Of a stretch of DNA of 64,000 nt, positions 41,295-55,855 are shown piece after piece. Each line of letters starts with the position of its first letter. Positions within the stretch are counted from its first letter, which is position 1. The notes beneath the pieces were generated by a model that was given only the letters and a program-made list of their open reading frames with translations, had not been told where the DNA came from and did not search any database. The stretch is from the human T2T-CHM13v2.0 reference genome, Homo sapiens. The stretch lies in NCBI RefSeq assembly GCF_009914755.1, contig NC_060936.1; one strand, given 5' to 3'. Made by a program: the position numbers and the translations under genes.

Positions 41295-41626
41295 CATCTT
41301 AGTCTGTGCAGGCTGCTGCAACAGAATGCCATAGACTGTGTGGCCTACAACAACAGAAACTTTATTTCTCACAGTTCTGGAGGCTGGGAAGTTCAAGATC
41401 ATGGCATTGGCAGATATTGATGTCTACAGCCTTCTTACTCTACCCTCACGTGGCAAAAGGGTTGAGGTGTCTCTCTTGGGTCTCTTTTAAATGCACACTA
41501 ATCCTATTTAAGAAGGCCCTGACCCCTTGACCTAATCACTTCTCAAAGTCCACACTTCCGAATACCATCACCTTGGGGGTGAAGATTTAAATTTTTGGGG
41601 GGACATCAACATTCCACCCTGTAGCA
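41295..41626 (-). mobile_element. MLT1A LTR nested in an older MLT1I/J-type LTR (~41235-41860)
   Basis: 'atttctcacagttctggaggctgggaagttcaagatc...acattccaccctgtagca'. Confidence 0.8.
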
Positions 41627-41863
41627 TAACACATTTAGTTTTTGCTTATATTATATGAGAATGTGAACTGGCTTCATCTCTGCTACGCTCAACAGGACTC
41701 AGCTTGATGGTATTCTTCGTGTCTTACCATTCTGGGATCTAGACTGAAGAAGCACCCACTCTCTTGAACATGCTATTTTCATGGTGGAAAACAAAAACTC
41801 AAGCATGGACAGAGCCTAATGCAAATACTTGATGCTATATGTCACATCATCCCAGCCCACTTC

Positions 41864-44110
41864 ATTTTTTAAATTAAATCTAAAATTTGTTATGGGTACA
41901 TAGTAGGTGTGTATATTTGTGGGGTACATGAGATATTTTAGTACAGGCATATAATGCATAATAATCACATCAGGGTAAATGGGGTATCTATCACTTTAAG
42001 CCTTTATCATTTCTTTCTGTTACAAATATTCCCATTATATTCTCTCTGTTATTTTTAAATGTGCAATAAATTTTTGTTGACTGTAATCATCCTGTTGTGC
42101 TGTCAAATACTAGGTTTTATTCACTCAATCTAACTATATTTTTGTACCCGTTAACCATACCCACTCCCCCCACTCACCATTCATAGCCTCTGGTAACCAC
42201 CATTCTACTCTCTATCTCCATTAGTTAATTGTTTAAATTTTTAGCTCCCATAAATGAGTGAGAACATGTGAAGTTTGTCTTTCTGTGTCTGGCTTTTTTC
42301 GCTTAACATAATGTCCTCCAGTTCCATCTATGTTATTACAAATGAAATGATCTCATTCTTTTTTATAGCTGAGTATTCTGGTTAGTAATTCCTTGTCAGG
42401 TGAATAGTTTGCAAATATTTTCTCCCATTCTTTGAATTTTTTATTCGCTTTGTTGATTATTTCCTTTGCTGCACCGAAGCTTTTAACTTGATGTGATCCC
42501 ATTTTTGTTTTGGTTGCCTTTGTTTGTGGGGTATTACTCAAGAAATCTTTGCGCAGTCCAATGTCCTGGAGTGTTTCCCCAATGTTTTATTTTAGTAGTT
42601 TCATAGTTTCAGGTATTTGATTTAAGTCTTTAATCCATTTTGACTCAAGTTTTGTATATGGTGAGAGGGGTCAGAGGTCAATTTTCATTCTTCTGCATAT
42701 GGATATTCAGTTTTCCCAGCACTATTTATTGAAGAGACTGTCCTTTCCTCAATGTATGTTCTTGGCTCCTTTGTTGAAAATGAATTCACTATAGATGTAT
42801 GGATTTATTTTGGGGTTCTCTATTCTGTTTCATTGGTCTATGTGTCTGTTTTATGCCAGTACTATGCTGTTTACTGTAGCTCTATAGTATGATTTGAAGT
42901 CCGGTAATTTGATTCCTCCAGTTTTGTTCATTTTGCTCAGAATGGCTTTAGCTCTTCTGGGTGTTTTCTGGGTCCATATAAATTTTAGGATTTTTTTTTC
43001 CTATTTCTGCAAAGAATGTCACTGATTTTTTTGATAGGGATTGCATTAAATCTATAGATTGCTTTGGGTAGTTTGGACATTGTAGCAATATAAATTGTCC
43101 CAATCCATAAACATGAAATATCTTGAGGACTTGTGCATCCTCTTAAATTTCTTTCATTAACATTTTATAGTTTTTATTGCATAGATCTTTCACTTCTTTG
43201 GTTAAATTTATTCCTAGGTATTTTATTTTATTTGTAACTATTTTAAATGGGATTACTTTCTTGATTTCTCTTTCAGATTGTTCACTGTTGGCATATAGAA
43301 ATTCTACTAATTTTTGTATGTTGATTTTGTATCCAGCAAGTTTACTAAATTTATCAGTTCTAATAGTTTTGGCAGAGTCTTTAGATTTTTTTCAAATATA
43401 AGATCATGTAATCTGTAAACAAGGATAATTTGACTTCTTCCTTTTCAATTTGGATGCCCTTTCTTTCTTTCTCTTCTCTGACTGCTTCAGCTACGACTGC
43501 CAGTTCTATGTTTAGTAACAGTGGCAAAAGTGGGCATCCCCACCTTGTTCCAGAACTTAGAAGAAAGATTTTCAGTTTTTCCACATTCAATATGACACTA
43601 GCTGTAGGTCTGTTAAATATGGCTTTTAATGTGTTGAGGTATGTTTCTTCCATAAGCAATTTTTTGAGGATTTTAATCACAAAGGGATGTTGAATTTTAT
43701 CAAATGCCTTTTAAACATCAACTGAAATAATCATGTGATTTTTGTCCTTCATTCTGTTGATATGATGTATCACACTGATAAGTTCACGTATGTTGAACCA
43801 TCCTTGCCTCCCTGGGATAAATCCCACTTGGTCAAAATGAATGTTCTGTTTGATGTGTTATTGAATTTGGTTTGCCAGTATTTTGCTGAGGATTTTTGCA
43901 TCAGTGTTAATCAGGGATATTGATTGGCCTGTAGTCTTCTTTTTTTGATGTTTCTTTGTCTGATTGTGGTATTGGCGTAATAGTGGCCTCACAGAATAAG
44001 TTTGGAAGTATTCCCTTCTCTCCTATTCTTTCTAATATTTTGAGTAGGATTAGTCTTAGTTGTTCTTTAAATGTTTGGTAAAATATAGCAGTGAAACCAT
44101 CTGGTTTCAG
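41864..44110 (-). mobile_element. L1MA (about MA1-3), 5'-truncated, with an internal deletion near 42380
   Basis: ORF 43381-43680 is decayed ORF2 RT ([26 protein letters not shown]); TSD cccagcccacttc (41851-41863) / cccagctcacttc (44111-44123). Confidence 0.92.
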
Positions 44111-45118
44111 CCCAGCTCACTTCTGACTTTTAGTAGTTTGAGTCTGCTGCCAGTATCTCAACTGCAACACTGGCCAGGCTGTTCTCAGTCTTTCTGCCCC
44201 AGGGCTTTCTCCATGGCCTTCATAGTCTATTCAGCCTGCATGTAGTGATTGCAGAGCATTGCTTCCAAGCTGGTGCTGCAGCTTCAGACTTCAGTTGGTC
44301 ATTCCAAAGCTCTATCAGACTATCAGTGTCTAAATGATGTGGCATAAAATATAACCAGTGTATCCTGTCTTCATGTCCCAACCTGTACTTCTCTACTGTG
44401 AAGTAAACTATCTTTTATTATTTTGTGCAGAGTTTTGAGTCTGTTAGTGGTGCTGGATGAGGATCTGCAGCCAAGAAAGGCAAACCCACCTAGAATGGGT
44501 GTCTATTCCTGGAATAACAAACCACTGGCCCTTTCTATACAGAAAGGGCTCAATCAAGTCAATGTTCAGCCAAGTGGGAAGTTGATCTTCTCAAGGAATA
44601 ATGGCACATAAGGGCTCAGTTTTGGTCTCTACTGTGGATGGATTAGTCATTTAGAAGTGGAAGTAGTTAGTGGCCTTGATAAGTAAAAATTCATGCTGTT
44701 GGGCCCAAGCTTGGACTCGACGTTGGCCACTATGGCTACTCTGTTGATAATTGATAATTGACCCAGGATTCCATATTATTCATTTTAGTTGAACCCCTGT
44801 GCCCCAGAACAAGTTCAATGGGCACATCAACAGAGTAGCCACAGTGGCCAACATGGAGTCCAACATGGGGCCAGTGGTAAAGATTGGCTAATATCAATTG
44901 GCTGAGACCTTTAAACACATGATTGATGAGTGCCTCTTCTGTGATGAATGGTTCAACATCTTTCCACAGATGATCTCCTTTTACCTGATCTTCCAATAAT
45001 TTCCTATTCAGGATCCTCCCTGATCAGCTGACCAGGCTATTGGCCCCTTTCCATGAATCCATCTGCAGCCTTACCCCAGGCCACTTCTTGGTTTTAACAA
45101 AATAATGACCAAGTGCAC

Positions 45119-45533
45119 TGATTTGCTTTGGATCTCTGTCCCCACCCAAATCACATGTTTAATTGTAGTCTCCGATATTGGAGGTGGGGCCTGGTGGGAG
45201 GTGATTAGATCATGGGGATGCATCCTTCATGAAAGGTTTAGCATCATCCCTTTGGTGCTGTTCTCCTTATAGAGTTCTCATGAGATTTGGTTGTTTAAAA
45301 GTCTTCACCACCTCCTTTTTCTCTCTCAGTCCTGCTTCTGCCATGTAAGATGCATGACCCTGCTTTGCTTTCCACCATGAGTAAAAGTTTCCTGAGACCT
45401 CCCTAGAAGCTGAGCAGATGCTGCTATGCTTCCTGTACAGCCTGCAGAATTGTGAGCCAATTAAACCACTTTTCTTTATAAATTATTCAGTCTCAGATGT
45501 TTCTTTATAGCATTATGAGAATGAACTAATACA
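45119..45533 (+). mobile_element. MSTA/MSTB solo LTR
   Basis: TG...CA ends; perfect TSD tgcac (45114-45118 / 45534-45538). Confidence 0.9.
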
Positions 45534-46004
45534 TGCACCATTTAAAGTTCTTCATATTGAGAAAATTTCACTTCACCATTTTCTTTTAAATTCATTTCTG
45601 ATTATGACTATAATGTAGTCACCATCTATTTTCTGCTTATATCCATATTCCAAGCTCACACATCCACAAACAAGTTCATGTTTTTTCCTCTGCTTCCGTT
45701 GGTCTTATGGAACCCCTAAACATAATCTCAGGTGGATGCTGATGGAGGGAAACTGGTTCAACTGGAATGAATAACATGAAAGCCTGGATTTCTTGTTCAT
45801 GAAGCCTACTCACACTCTCTGACCCTATTTAGATAGATCCCAGATGTATCATTTCAATTTTATGATGGACTGTTGCTGGGCTACCTGAACTGGAAATTTC
45901 AAGGTACATGGTCACTTGTTTGATTTGATGGTGAAATATTCCATGTCTACCAATGCCCAGGAGCATGAGAGGAGCTGTTCCTTGAAAGAATTGTAATTTT
46001 CCAC

Positions 46005-47751
46005 TGATAGGGTTTGGCTCTGTGTCCCTATCCAACTCTCACCTGGAACTGTAATCCCCACGTGGACAATGAAGTCCAGGCTGAGGTGGTCTCAGATGGA
46101 CATGAGGAACTTCTAGGGACTTCGAGCAAAGGTCACTCTTGCTATGCTTTAGCAAAGAGACTGGCAGCATTTGGCCCCTGAACTAGAGATCTGTGGAAAT
46201 TTGAACTGGAGAGAGATGATCTGAAATTGGAACATACATTTAAAAGAGAAGCAGAGCCTAAAAATTTGGAAAATTTGCAGCCTGATGATGCGACAGAAAA
46301 GAAAAACCCATTTTCTGGGGAGAAATTCAAGCGCATTGCAGAGATTTGCATAAGTAACAAGGAGCCAAATACTTATTACCAAGACAATGGGGGAAATGTC
46401 TCCAGGACATGTCAGTGATCTTGGTGGCAGCCCTTCCCATCACAGGCCCAGAGGCCAGGAGGGAAAAATGGTTTCCTGAGCTGGGCCCATGGCCGTGCTG
46501 CTGTGTGCAGCCTTGGGACTTTGTGCCCTGTGTCCCAGCTGCTCCAGCTCCAGCTGTGGCTAAAAGAGGTCAAGGTACAGCTTGGGCTGTTGCTTCAGAA
46601 GGTGCAAGTCCAAAGCCTTGGCAGCTTCCATTTAGTGTAGTGCCTGCAGGTGCTCAGAATTTGAGAATTGAGGTTTGGGAACCTCCTCTTAGATTTCAAA
46701 GGAGGTATGGAAATGCCTGGATGCCCATGCAGAAGTCTGCTGTAGGGGGTTGGGCCCTCATGGAGAACCTCTGCTAGGGCAGTGCAGAAAAGAAATGTGG
46801 GGTTGGAGCCCCACACAGAGTCCCCACTGGTGCACTGCCTAGTGAAGCTGTGAGAAGAGGCCACCATCCTCCAGGCCCCAGAATTGTCGATCCACTGACA
46901 GCTTGCACTAGGCACCTGGAAAAACAACAATCAACGCCACCCATGAAAGCAGCTGGGAGTGGGGCTGTACCCTGCAAAGCCACAGGGGTGGAATTGCCCA
47001 AGGCCCTGGGAGCCTACCTCTTGCATCAGTGTGATCTGGATGTGAGACATGGAGTCAAAGGACATCATTTCAGAGCTTTAAGATTTAATGACTGCCCTGC
47101 TGGATTTCAGACCTGCATGGGGCTGGTAGCCCCTCTATTTTGTCCAATTTATCTCATTTGGAATGGGAGCATTTATGCAATTCCTATACTCCCATTATAT
47201 CTAGAAAGTAATTAACTAGCTTTTGATTTTACAGGATCATAGTCAGAAAGGACTTGCCTTTGCCTCAGATGAGACTTTGGACTGTGGACTTTTGAGTTAA
47301 TGATGAAATGAGTTAAGTCTTTAGGCTACTGTTGGGAAGGAATGATTGGTTTTGAAATGTGAAAAGACATGAGATTTGACAGGGGCCAAGGGTGGAATTA
47401 TATGGTTTGGCTCTGCATCCCCACCCAAATGTCATCTCGAATTGTAATCCCCACGTGTCGAGGAAAGGAAGTGATTGGATCATGGGGATGGTTTTCTCCA
47501 TGTTGTTCTCATGATAGTCAGTGAGTTCTCACGAGGTCTACTGGTTCTGCAAGTGTTTAGGCCTTCCTTCTTCATTCTTCTCTCTCTTGCCACCTTGTGA
47601 TGAAGGTGCTTGCTTCCTCTTCTGCCATAATTGTTAAGTTTCCTGAGGCATCCCCAGCTATGTGGAACTGTGAGTCAAATAAACCTCTTTCCTTTATAAA
47701 TTACCCAGTCTTGGATATTTATTTATAGTAGTATAGAAATGGACTAATACA
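46005..47751 (+). mobile_element. THE1(D-like) MaLR provirus: truncated 5' LTR, internal region, 3' LTR (47398-47751)
   Basis: Typical THE1-int peptides (NLENLQPDDATEKKNPFSGEKFK; SEGASPKPWQLP); TSD tccac/tctac; deletion junction near 46064. Confidence 0.92.
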
Positions 47752-49047
47752 TCTACTGTAGGAGGAATGATCTTGTTCCAGAACTTAATAAATGAATGTT
47801 GTAATTTTCCCACTAACTCTTGGTATGTACTCTAGATTTTACCCACAATCAACTCTTCCAAGAGCACAAAGTCTGCTGGATTATATGACCCAAGCAGCAG
47901 GGATGTTTGCAATGTAACCTGGATCTGCTAAACAGCCTTTATCTGCTCACATTCTGTTCAAAACTGATAGCCTTTTGTGTTACACAGCATATGGGCCAAA
48001 GACTATTCTTAGGTATGGAATAGCTTGCATACAGAGCTTGAAGAGCTACAAAGTTTTGTGCTTCTTACTTTGTGGTAGGGATGCAAGCTAAATCAATTTA
48101 TCTTTTACTTTTTAAAGGGGATGACCCTATTTACTGGGGGACATGGGATACCTAAAATCTTAACAGAAATGGCAGGTCTCTTATTTTTCAAAGGTTTTAT
48201 CTCACTCTGAGCCCATGTCTACCAAGGCTTTGAGCTTACTACCTATTTCTTCCTGGATCAGTTTGAGTGCAATGGAGCAAGGCTATGTTCTGAGGGATGT
48301 CCTCATAGTTTTGATCTCTTTGGAGTATGACAGACGGCAGGAGACTTAACATAGCTAAGAGACAAAAATGTAAATTTATAGTTGAAGGTTCCATGTGAAT
48401 GAAAACTTTAAAAAAATATTTTTTGCTGATGGCATAGAAAAGAATAAAACTCTCTAGATATGAAACACTCTTCAGTGCCCTCCACTCATGCCACCCATAT
48501 ATGGTCATTGCAACCTCCTAATTTCCAGCAGGTAAGCACTGCCATCTATGCTCAATGTCTTCAGGTCTCTATCATCTCCATTGCTATTAACAAGTTAAGC
48601 TATGTGACAATCTCTCCTACTGTCAGCCTTTCAGAAAAGAGCCATGACAGAAAATATTAGTGTATCTGGTATCTGTCTCACCAGCACTTTCCTTATACCT
48701 TTTGTGGACTATGCATCCACTGGGCTTTCATGGAGTATATTCCTCTGCTGGGTTTCCTGGCATCACAAATTGTATACTCACCCTCCTGAGCCTTTTACTC
48801 CTCCTTCTTTTACTCCTTTTATGCCTCTGCTACCTTCTCTAGTAGTTCAGACATTTCAACTCACCAAGTCTTTCTCCAGGTTTCTGAGGCCTACTCTAGC
48901 ATCCAATCTTTCCCATGCTCTATGGTCTTTGTCAGGGCATTAAATCCCATCTTTCAAGAGAAGTCCCCCAAGTTTAAAAAGAAAAAAAATAAACAGAAAA
49001 CTTTAGCATTTCTACTCATAAGTGCTAGCCCTGGTGAGCAAGTACTC

Positions 49048-49888
49048 TGTTTTAGTCTATTTTGTGCTGTTATAACAGAATAACTGAGACTGGGTAATTT
49101 ACAGGAAACATATTTCATACATTTTTGGAGGCTAGGAAGTTCAAGATCGAGGGCTTACCTCTGGTGATGGTCTTCTTCCTGTGTCATCCCATGGAGAAGG
49201 CAGAAGGGCAAGAGAGCACATGCAAAACAGAGGGAAGGAAGTAAAATTCATCTTTTTATCAGAAACTCATTCCTGCAATAATGGTACTAATGCATTAATG
49301 AGGACAGAGTCTTGTTAACAAGACTACTGAAAAAGAAGTATCAGATTTAAAGAGGCTTTATTTCCACAAGCGGTTTGTGAACGGGGGATACACAGCCTTC
49401 AATACAAAACAAAGATGTGTTCTACCAGAACAAAGACAGGGGTTGTCCTTTATAGAAAAAGTTCCTGCTGAGGTTCCCACTATGCTATGCTGTGCAAATG
49501 AGGGATGCAAGCTTGCTTAGTTTCAGCTGGTTGAGGTTAAGTTTCACTGTGGGTCACAGGCTATTGGTTAGATCAAAGTGATGGTAACCATTGGCTCAGG
49601 AGTATAAACAGAAATAGGCAGATATGAGAATCTCACAGTTATACCAATATGTGGTTTTTCCAAGAATGAAGAGTGCATGTGTAATGTCTGGTCAGCAAAT
49701 GGAACTCAGCTCCCGTTTGAATTTAGGCCCAGTTAGCCACTCAGGTTCCATCTTAAAGGATTGGCTCTTTCAGGGTTCACAGCCCTCATGATCTAACTAC
49801 TTTTTAAAGTTCTCACCTCTCAACACTGTTGCACTGGGACTTAAGTTTCCAACATATGAATTTTGAAGGATACATTCAAACCACGGCA
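49048..49888 (-). mobile_element. MSTC/D-type LTR split by an ERV1-type LTR (49313-49781)
   Basis: Outer TSD tactc is perfect; the inner element has TG...CA ends and a 4-bp gtct/gccc TSD. Confidence 0.8.
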
Positions 49889-50789
49889 TACTCAAACATC
49901 CAATCTCATGGATACTATTCTGAATCCTGAAAGCACATACTAGCTAATTATTGAACTTAATGAAATGATTATCTCTTTTCTTACTTATCAGTCCCAGTAT
50001 GTTTTTATCCCTCAGCTGGGTTATGCTGGAATTTAGCCATGATTTTTAGCCTAGAAGCCTAGAGAAAAAGTGGGAGTAATTCCTGATAAACATACCATTT
50101 ATCTTATGTGAAAGTGGCCTCTGAAGTATCTTCTTGCATGAGAAAATGTCTAGCTCTTCATAGAGAATGGTGGGTCAATTCTTTAGGCTCTCAAGTTGTA
50201 GATCCTTGGGGAAATTTACCCAGATGTCCTCTTCCAATATTTTAATGCCTCAAGTTTTCCCAAGCAGATCTCTGACCTTAGCCTAAGAAAATTCCTCTAT
50301 GAGCATCCAATCATCTTTGCAGCTCAGTGGCCCTAAACAGCAGATCCTGAATTTCCTCTCCAGCTATGGCCACTCTCTCTCTTTGCAAAAGATAAAAACA
50401 CTTTATAGGCTGCCCAAGATGCCTTCTGGCTTTTACACTTACATTTGGGCTTTTGTTAACAATGCTCAATTTTTCATCATCCCACAAATGCAACGTATTC
50501 AATTTTCATTGTCCCACAAATGCAACTTAGTAATAATTAGTCAATTTCATTACCTTTCTATGTTTCTCACGCTGGATTTTTCAAATGCATGAATATTGTC
50601 CTGGTTAGGACATTCACCTGCAACATGACATTCTCCAAAGTCACCATTGATGAAATTTTTACCAATTGAACTACTGTCTTGTGCCAAAAAATATTCATAT
50701 CCCACATCCACTTGAAAGGAATCCTTATTTTCTGGTTGGTGGCAAATGATCCACTTGCATAACTCCAACTTAATCACTGATATCACAGA

Positions 50790-51275
50790 TTGTGTCCAGT
50801 ATCAATTAATGTCACTTGGTTTTTCTAGAAAGGGAAAGCCAAGATTGAGTTAGAAGTGCAAAAAAAGAATTATTGGAGAATAATACCTTTTAAACATGTA
50901 AAGGCAAAGAAGGCAGGAACATCCAAAGGAAGCTTTCACACTGTAGTAAAGGCCTGGCTCCTATGAAAGGTGAGAAGGAAGCCAGAAGATTGGATAGGAT
51001 GAGCCTCACACAGCACTGCAGCTCTGACAAAATCCCAGCCAACATGATGGGGATCTCCTTTAGGAGGACTGCTCTTTGAGGAGTCCTGTGCCTGAAAATT
51101 GAGGTTCTGTTGTACCCCTGCCATACTCATTGGCTGAAAAATGTCTGGGTATCATAAGGTCTTGGTTCAAATTTGAGGCATACTTGCACCTGGAGGCTGT
51201 TATCTAATTGTCTTCCTTTTGACAGGTTTTCTCTTGAAGGTAGATCTGAGCCAAATACCTCCATGACTGCCCTAA
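50790..51275 (-). mobile_element. Old ERVL LTR (LTR40/LTR50-like), probably the 5' LTR of the adjacent internal region
   Basis: 'agccaagattgagttagaagtgcaa...aggcctggctcctatgaaaggtgagaaggaa...ctgcagctctgacaaa'. Confidence 0.5.
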
Positions 51276-53129
51276 AGACGTCTGACTGATAAGAGTCATG
51301 GCAATAATTTGTTCAAACAGCTAAACCTTTCAGCAAAATACAAAATAACTCCAAAAGTATGAAATTAAAGAAACCATCAATACCCATTTTGTAATAAACT
51401 TCTCACAATTTTTTGCTTTTCTCACTCTTCCTCTATTATTATCTTTTTATCCTTTATCTTATTATCTTCCAGTTTTATCTTATTTTGACAAAAAAGTTTC
51501 TTGCATCTTTATATTTTCTTGAAATAAAGCTTGTCATTATATTTCTTTTCTTTTCATAGCTGTGATATTGTTTTTATGTAAAATCTATGTTTCTATTTAT
51601 TTTTTCTAATGAGAAAAACCTAATTGCCAGTATTAAGAAAGGTTTCTAACACATACACAAACACACACGCATGTACACATTTAACTTTTGCAAACACATG
51701 CACAACTTCTAACTTCTGCAAATGAATTATGAGGAATAAAATACATATACTCTTTGATGTCTTACGTCAAGAAGCTCACATTCAGCTAATCATAGTGCAG
51801 AATTAGGTTCCCTTTTCTCACCCTGGCTCCCTTCTATCTCCTGCTATCACAAAAATAACATTACGCTTGTGGAAGATAAAGACAGCATCCTCTTTCCAGT
51901 TTCCTTTTACTTCCTGCTAAGAGAGATTAGTTTATCAGGATGTGAGGATGTTGATCTTCACGAAAGCTACTCTGTTGCCTAATAAGGTAAAGTTTTCTCA
52001 TCCATATTACTAGCTGGCTTCCTGCTTCTCCATAATAATAAATAATTTTGTGCGGCATGAAAAAAATGTTTTTTCAATTGTTACTAGAGCAAGCATTCCA
52101 ATCAGTAAGTACAGTACATGACAAGGAGAATATCTCATCAAAATTCCTACCTATACATTTTATCTTAAGTATAAATCTAAAGTAATCTCATCATAACATT
52201 TGAAAACACATTGAATCAAAATTTCTTAAAGATTTTCAAGAAGGGAATCTCAAGTATGTGTTTTTTCTTTTCAAATGCACATTCAAAAAATACTTCTGGA
52301 TGTATAATGTTATTTTAGGGGCCTGACTTGCTTTCTAACAAAATGATGGTTTTACCATTTGGTCTCAAATCATGAAATAAATTTACTTATATAATCATAT
52401 ATTTGTTTAGGTCTTTAGTATTATATGCCAAACACTGAGCTAAATACTCTAACACTTACATATCAGAAATATTAACTGGATCTATGACTCTAAATATGTA
52501 GAAGATGACACTCATTTTCTGAGAGAGAAAAAAATAAAAGCTGCAGATGCTCTAGAATAAAAATGAACAATTAATTTTGTAGTAAGCAGGTAGCTATCAT
52601 ATGTGGTGGTTATGAAAAATACAAAATGTGGAAGATATAGCCCCATTCCACTTTATTTTATGAGTTTGACTTTGCACCTTTGCTTTCCATATCTCATATT
52701 GAACAATTTAATGGGTACAGCCAGCCACTCCTCTTGTTTTTCACCCTGCCCCAAAACTGGCTCTTCTAAAATAGAACTAGTCTGACTAATACACTTTAGT
52801 TGGAAATGTGTGCAATTATATTGGTTTTCCTAATTTGACTGTGGCCTTGGAACACTGTGTGACAAAAGACTATTCACAGGGAACACACCCTCCCTTTGAA
52901 ATATGAAATATACTTCCTCCATTAAAGAAGTAAGATGCTCAATAAAGTCAGTAGAATTTCACCAGACTCTTTTTCCCTTATACATATTATTCTTTGGCCA
53001 ATTTTGCATGCAATCAAAGCTAGAGAAGACCCAAGTCTTAGGCCAAACTGTGAATGGGGATAGCAAGGAAAAAGTAAAATAATAACATCTATTTGGAATG
53101 TTAGCCCCTTGAAAACAAGGGAATTTCAC

Positions 53130-53350
53130 ATATGGTGAGGGGTAGAGGGAAGAGGTTAAGGCAAAGGACTTTGGATTCATATTGAGTGTGGGGCTTTGTA
53201 CAGTTTACTTAACTCTTGTAAGTTTCAATTTTCTAACCTGTTTAAAGTATCAAAAATAGCTTCTTTATGAGGTTGTTATAAAGATCGAAATGAATTTTGT
53301 AAGCACTGACGTTGCTTTGCACATAGTAAGTGCTCAGTAAATTATTAATT
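53130..53350 (+). mobile_element. MIR
   Basis: Ends 'gcacatagtaagtgctcagtaaa'. Confidence 0.7.
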
Positions 53351-54939
53351 TTTGCAGTATAATATTTTGCTCCAGAATATTACATTTATTACTACAAAAG
53401 TATTTGGCTGAAAGATAACTTTTGTTTTTAATGCTGTATCAAAATGTATCAAACTCCAGAAACCTTGTTCCAAGTGGATTACAGCAGTAATCACTGGCTA
53501 CAAATATGTTAAAGGAAATAAATGTTTGAATCCTGGGGTCCATTGAGTAATTTAAATAAAATAATAATTAATATTAATATCAATCAAATAAAATGGATGT
53601 GTATCCAAATTATTGTATAGAGTGAAAGGAGATGAGAAGAAAATTCCTGAAGCCATGGAAACATCTGAATATCTCTTTATCTCATGATTTTTCTATCCAA
53701 AGAGATATACAAGAAGTTTTAACAATTTGAAACACACAGTACACAGGCTTTGTTTAAAATATTTTGGCATACAAGCCTGCTAAAAGACAATTAAAGGGTT
53801 TGTGGGTGAATTAGTCTGCTCACCCTAAAGAGGTACTTCTGACTTGTTCCCGAGGTTACTAAAGACCTGGATCTTCTCTTTGGCCAGGAGAGAAACTTTG
53901 GAAGAGACTTGGGCCTTATTAATCTAGGACAATATTCTTTTCTCTGGAAACATGGATGATTCCTCAATGTATATGAATCATTTGTGGTTTTCAGGATGTG
54001 GCCTGATGTTAAGACTAGCTTCTGTGAGTTTAAGTTCTAGCCACCCAACCTGATTTTAAGTAAGAAAGATACTAAAAATAAAAGCCTTATATTCATGATC
54101 TCAAATGCTGACTGCAAATTGTAAACTTGTGAAATCACAGACCATTGTCTTGTCTTGTCACAATTGTATCCCCCATCTTCTAATGCCAAACATAGAAAAG
54201 GCTTTGTATGAATACATAAACTGTTTGCCCCTTTCCTCTGTTGGCGCTAAATGCCTAATCAAGGTATTAAGACTTCGACTCATGTGGATGCCGTCTGGCT
54301 TTTCTGCTTTTTCTCATGGAGTTCTCAGTTCACTCCAGAACTTATTTTTCTCTGGACCTGACCCCTGGCTCTTGGAACCTCCCCTTTAATCCCTGAGATG
54401 CATGATATTTCTAAAAGAAATCAGATGGGTACAATGGTTAATCAGACCATCTTTTACTTGGGATAAGAGTGCAACATAAAAATTCCTTGGTTCCCCCTCA
54501 ACTGGTTATTCAAGAAGCACTCAACTTCATCCTATCTCCTCTACCCCCACCATGGGAATGACCGCTGCAGTTTTACAACTAAGAAACATTGTAAACCAAC
54601 TCCAAAACCAAGTAGATAAAATTTCTATCTTCCCAAAGCAAATATTAAATCATTCTCTATGCTTAGCTAAACCAAATAATTCCTGACTTTGTTATTTGCT
54701 ACTACAAACATAAAACCTATGAATAAAATCAGCAGAAGAGGATCGCAGGGAGGATATATTAATAGTTATATTTAATTTGACAGAAGCCCACAGTTTGATG
54801 AATTCTGGACCAAAGGTTAGAGCGAAGTCTAAATTTAGATTGCAAAGTTAGATGATCCTAACTCGGCAAGAATTAACTTATAGCTCTTATTTTCTAAATT
54901 TGTTGATTTTTAAATTATTATCATCATTATTATTTTCCT

Positions 54940-55855
54940 CTTCTGTTTATTTGCTTACTATACATCTTCTTTGGAGAAACATTCATTTAAATCTTTGGTC
55001 CGCTTTGTTTTGTTTCAAATTGTGCTGTTTGCTTCCTAATAATTGAATTTTGAAAGCTCTTTCTATAGTCTGGATACACGTCTTTGATGTGCAAGTATTT
55101 TTTTCCCAGCCTATGGCTTTTCTTTTCATTCTCCTAGAGAAGACAGGATCCTGGACCTGAGTGATATTGGTATTCTTCCACTTAGGAGAGTCTCCTCTGT
55201 GACTTTTATAAGACAAAAGTTATTCGGTCATTTTTGTAATGCTGATAAAGTCCAATTTATAACTTTTAAAATTAATTATGCATTTGGCACTATATATACA
55301 AAAATTCTTAAGAATATTTAATAGGTTTAGATTTTATACTTAGGCTTATGATCCATTTTCTCTTAATTTTTGTATAAGTTGCAAGCTATAAACAATCTTC
55401 TTTTTTTTCCATATGGATTGCCAATTGTTCCAGCATCATTTGTGTGAAAAGATTATACTTTCTCCACTTAATTGCTTTTAGATTTTGGTCAAAAATTAAT
55501 TGAGCATGTATGCTTGGGTCTATTTCTAGCTCTGTTATATTAACCTGTATGTTTACCTGTATGCAAACCCCATGCTGTCTTGATGAAAGTCCATTTATGA
55601 TATGTCTTGAAGTCAGAGAGTATAAATCCTTTGAGCTTATTACTCTCTTGCAAAGTTTTTATTAACTATTTTTATCTTTATCATTTCCATATAAATTTTA
55701 GAAGTATCCTATCAGAGTAATACAGGCCTCATAGAATGTGTAAGGAAATATTTTTTTTCTTCTTCAAATGTCTTGAAGATTTTGTACAGAATTAGTATTT
55801 ATCATTTCTTCCATAAACGTTTAGTAAATTCATAAATGAAGCCATTTGGGCTTTC
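54940..55855 (-). mobile_element. Old L1M ORF2 remnant
   Basis: ORF 54983-55216 'RMKRKAIGWEK'; 'ccaattgttccagcatcatttg'. Confidence 0.75.

Larger units (their letters stand above)
44124..50790 (-). mobile_element. Decayed ERVL-class internal region (gag-pol), fragmented by younger LTR elements
   Basis: ORF 48239-48508 'RDQNYEDIPQNIALLHC' resembles the ERVL RT segment just before YIDD (RDLDHLDIPQNITLVHY); RNase H-like remnants near 44900-45110. Confidence 0.65.

Noticed and set aside
42353-44245. ORFs with reverse-transcriptase-like peptides
   Set aside because: Broken L1 ORF2 of a truncated L1MA; not a novel RT system.
46142-47501. Cluster of overlapping 60-120 aa ORFs
   Set aside because: THE1 internal sequence with stops and frameshifts; not a gene.
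55135-55235. Non-L1-looking insert inside the old L1M
   Set aside because: Short, with no source found in the window and no TSD; cannot be interpreted.
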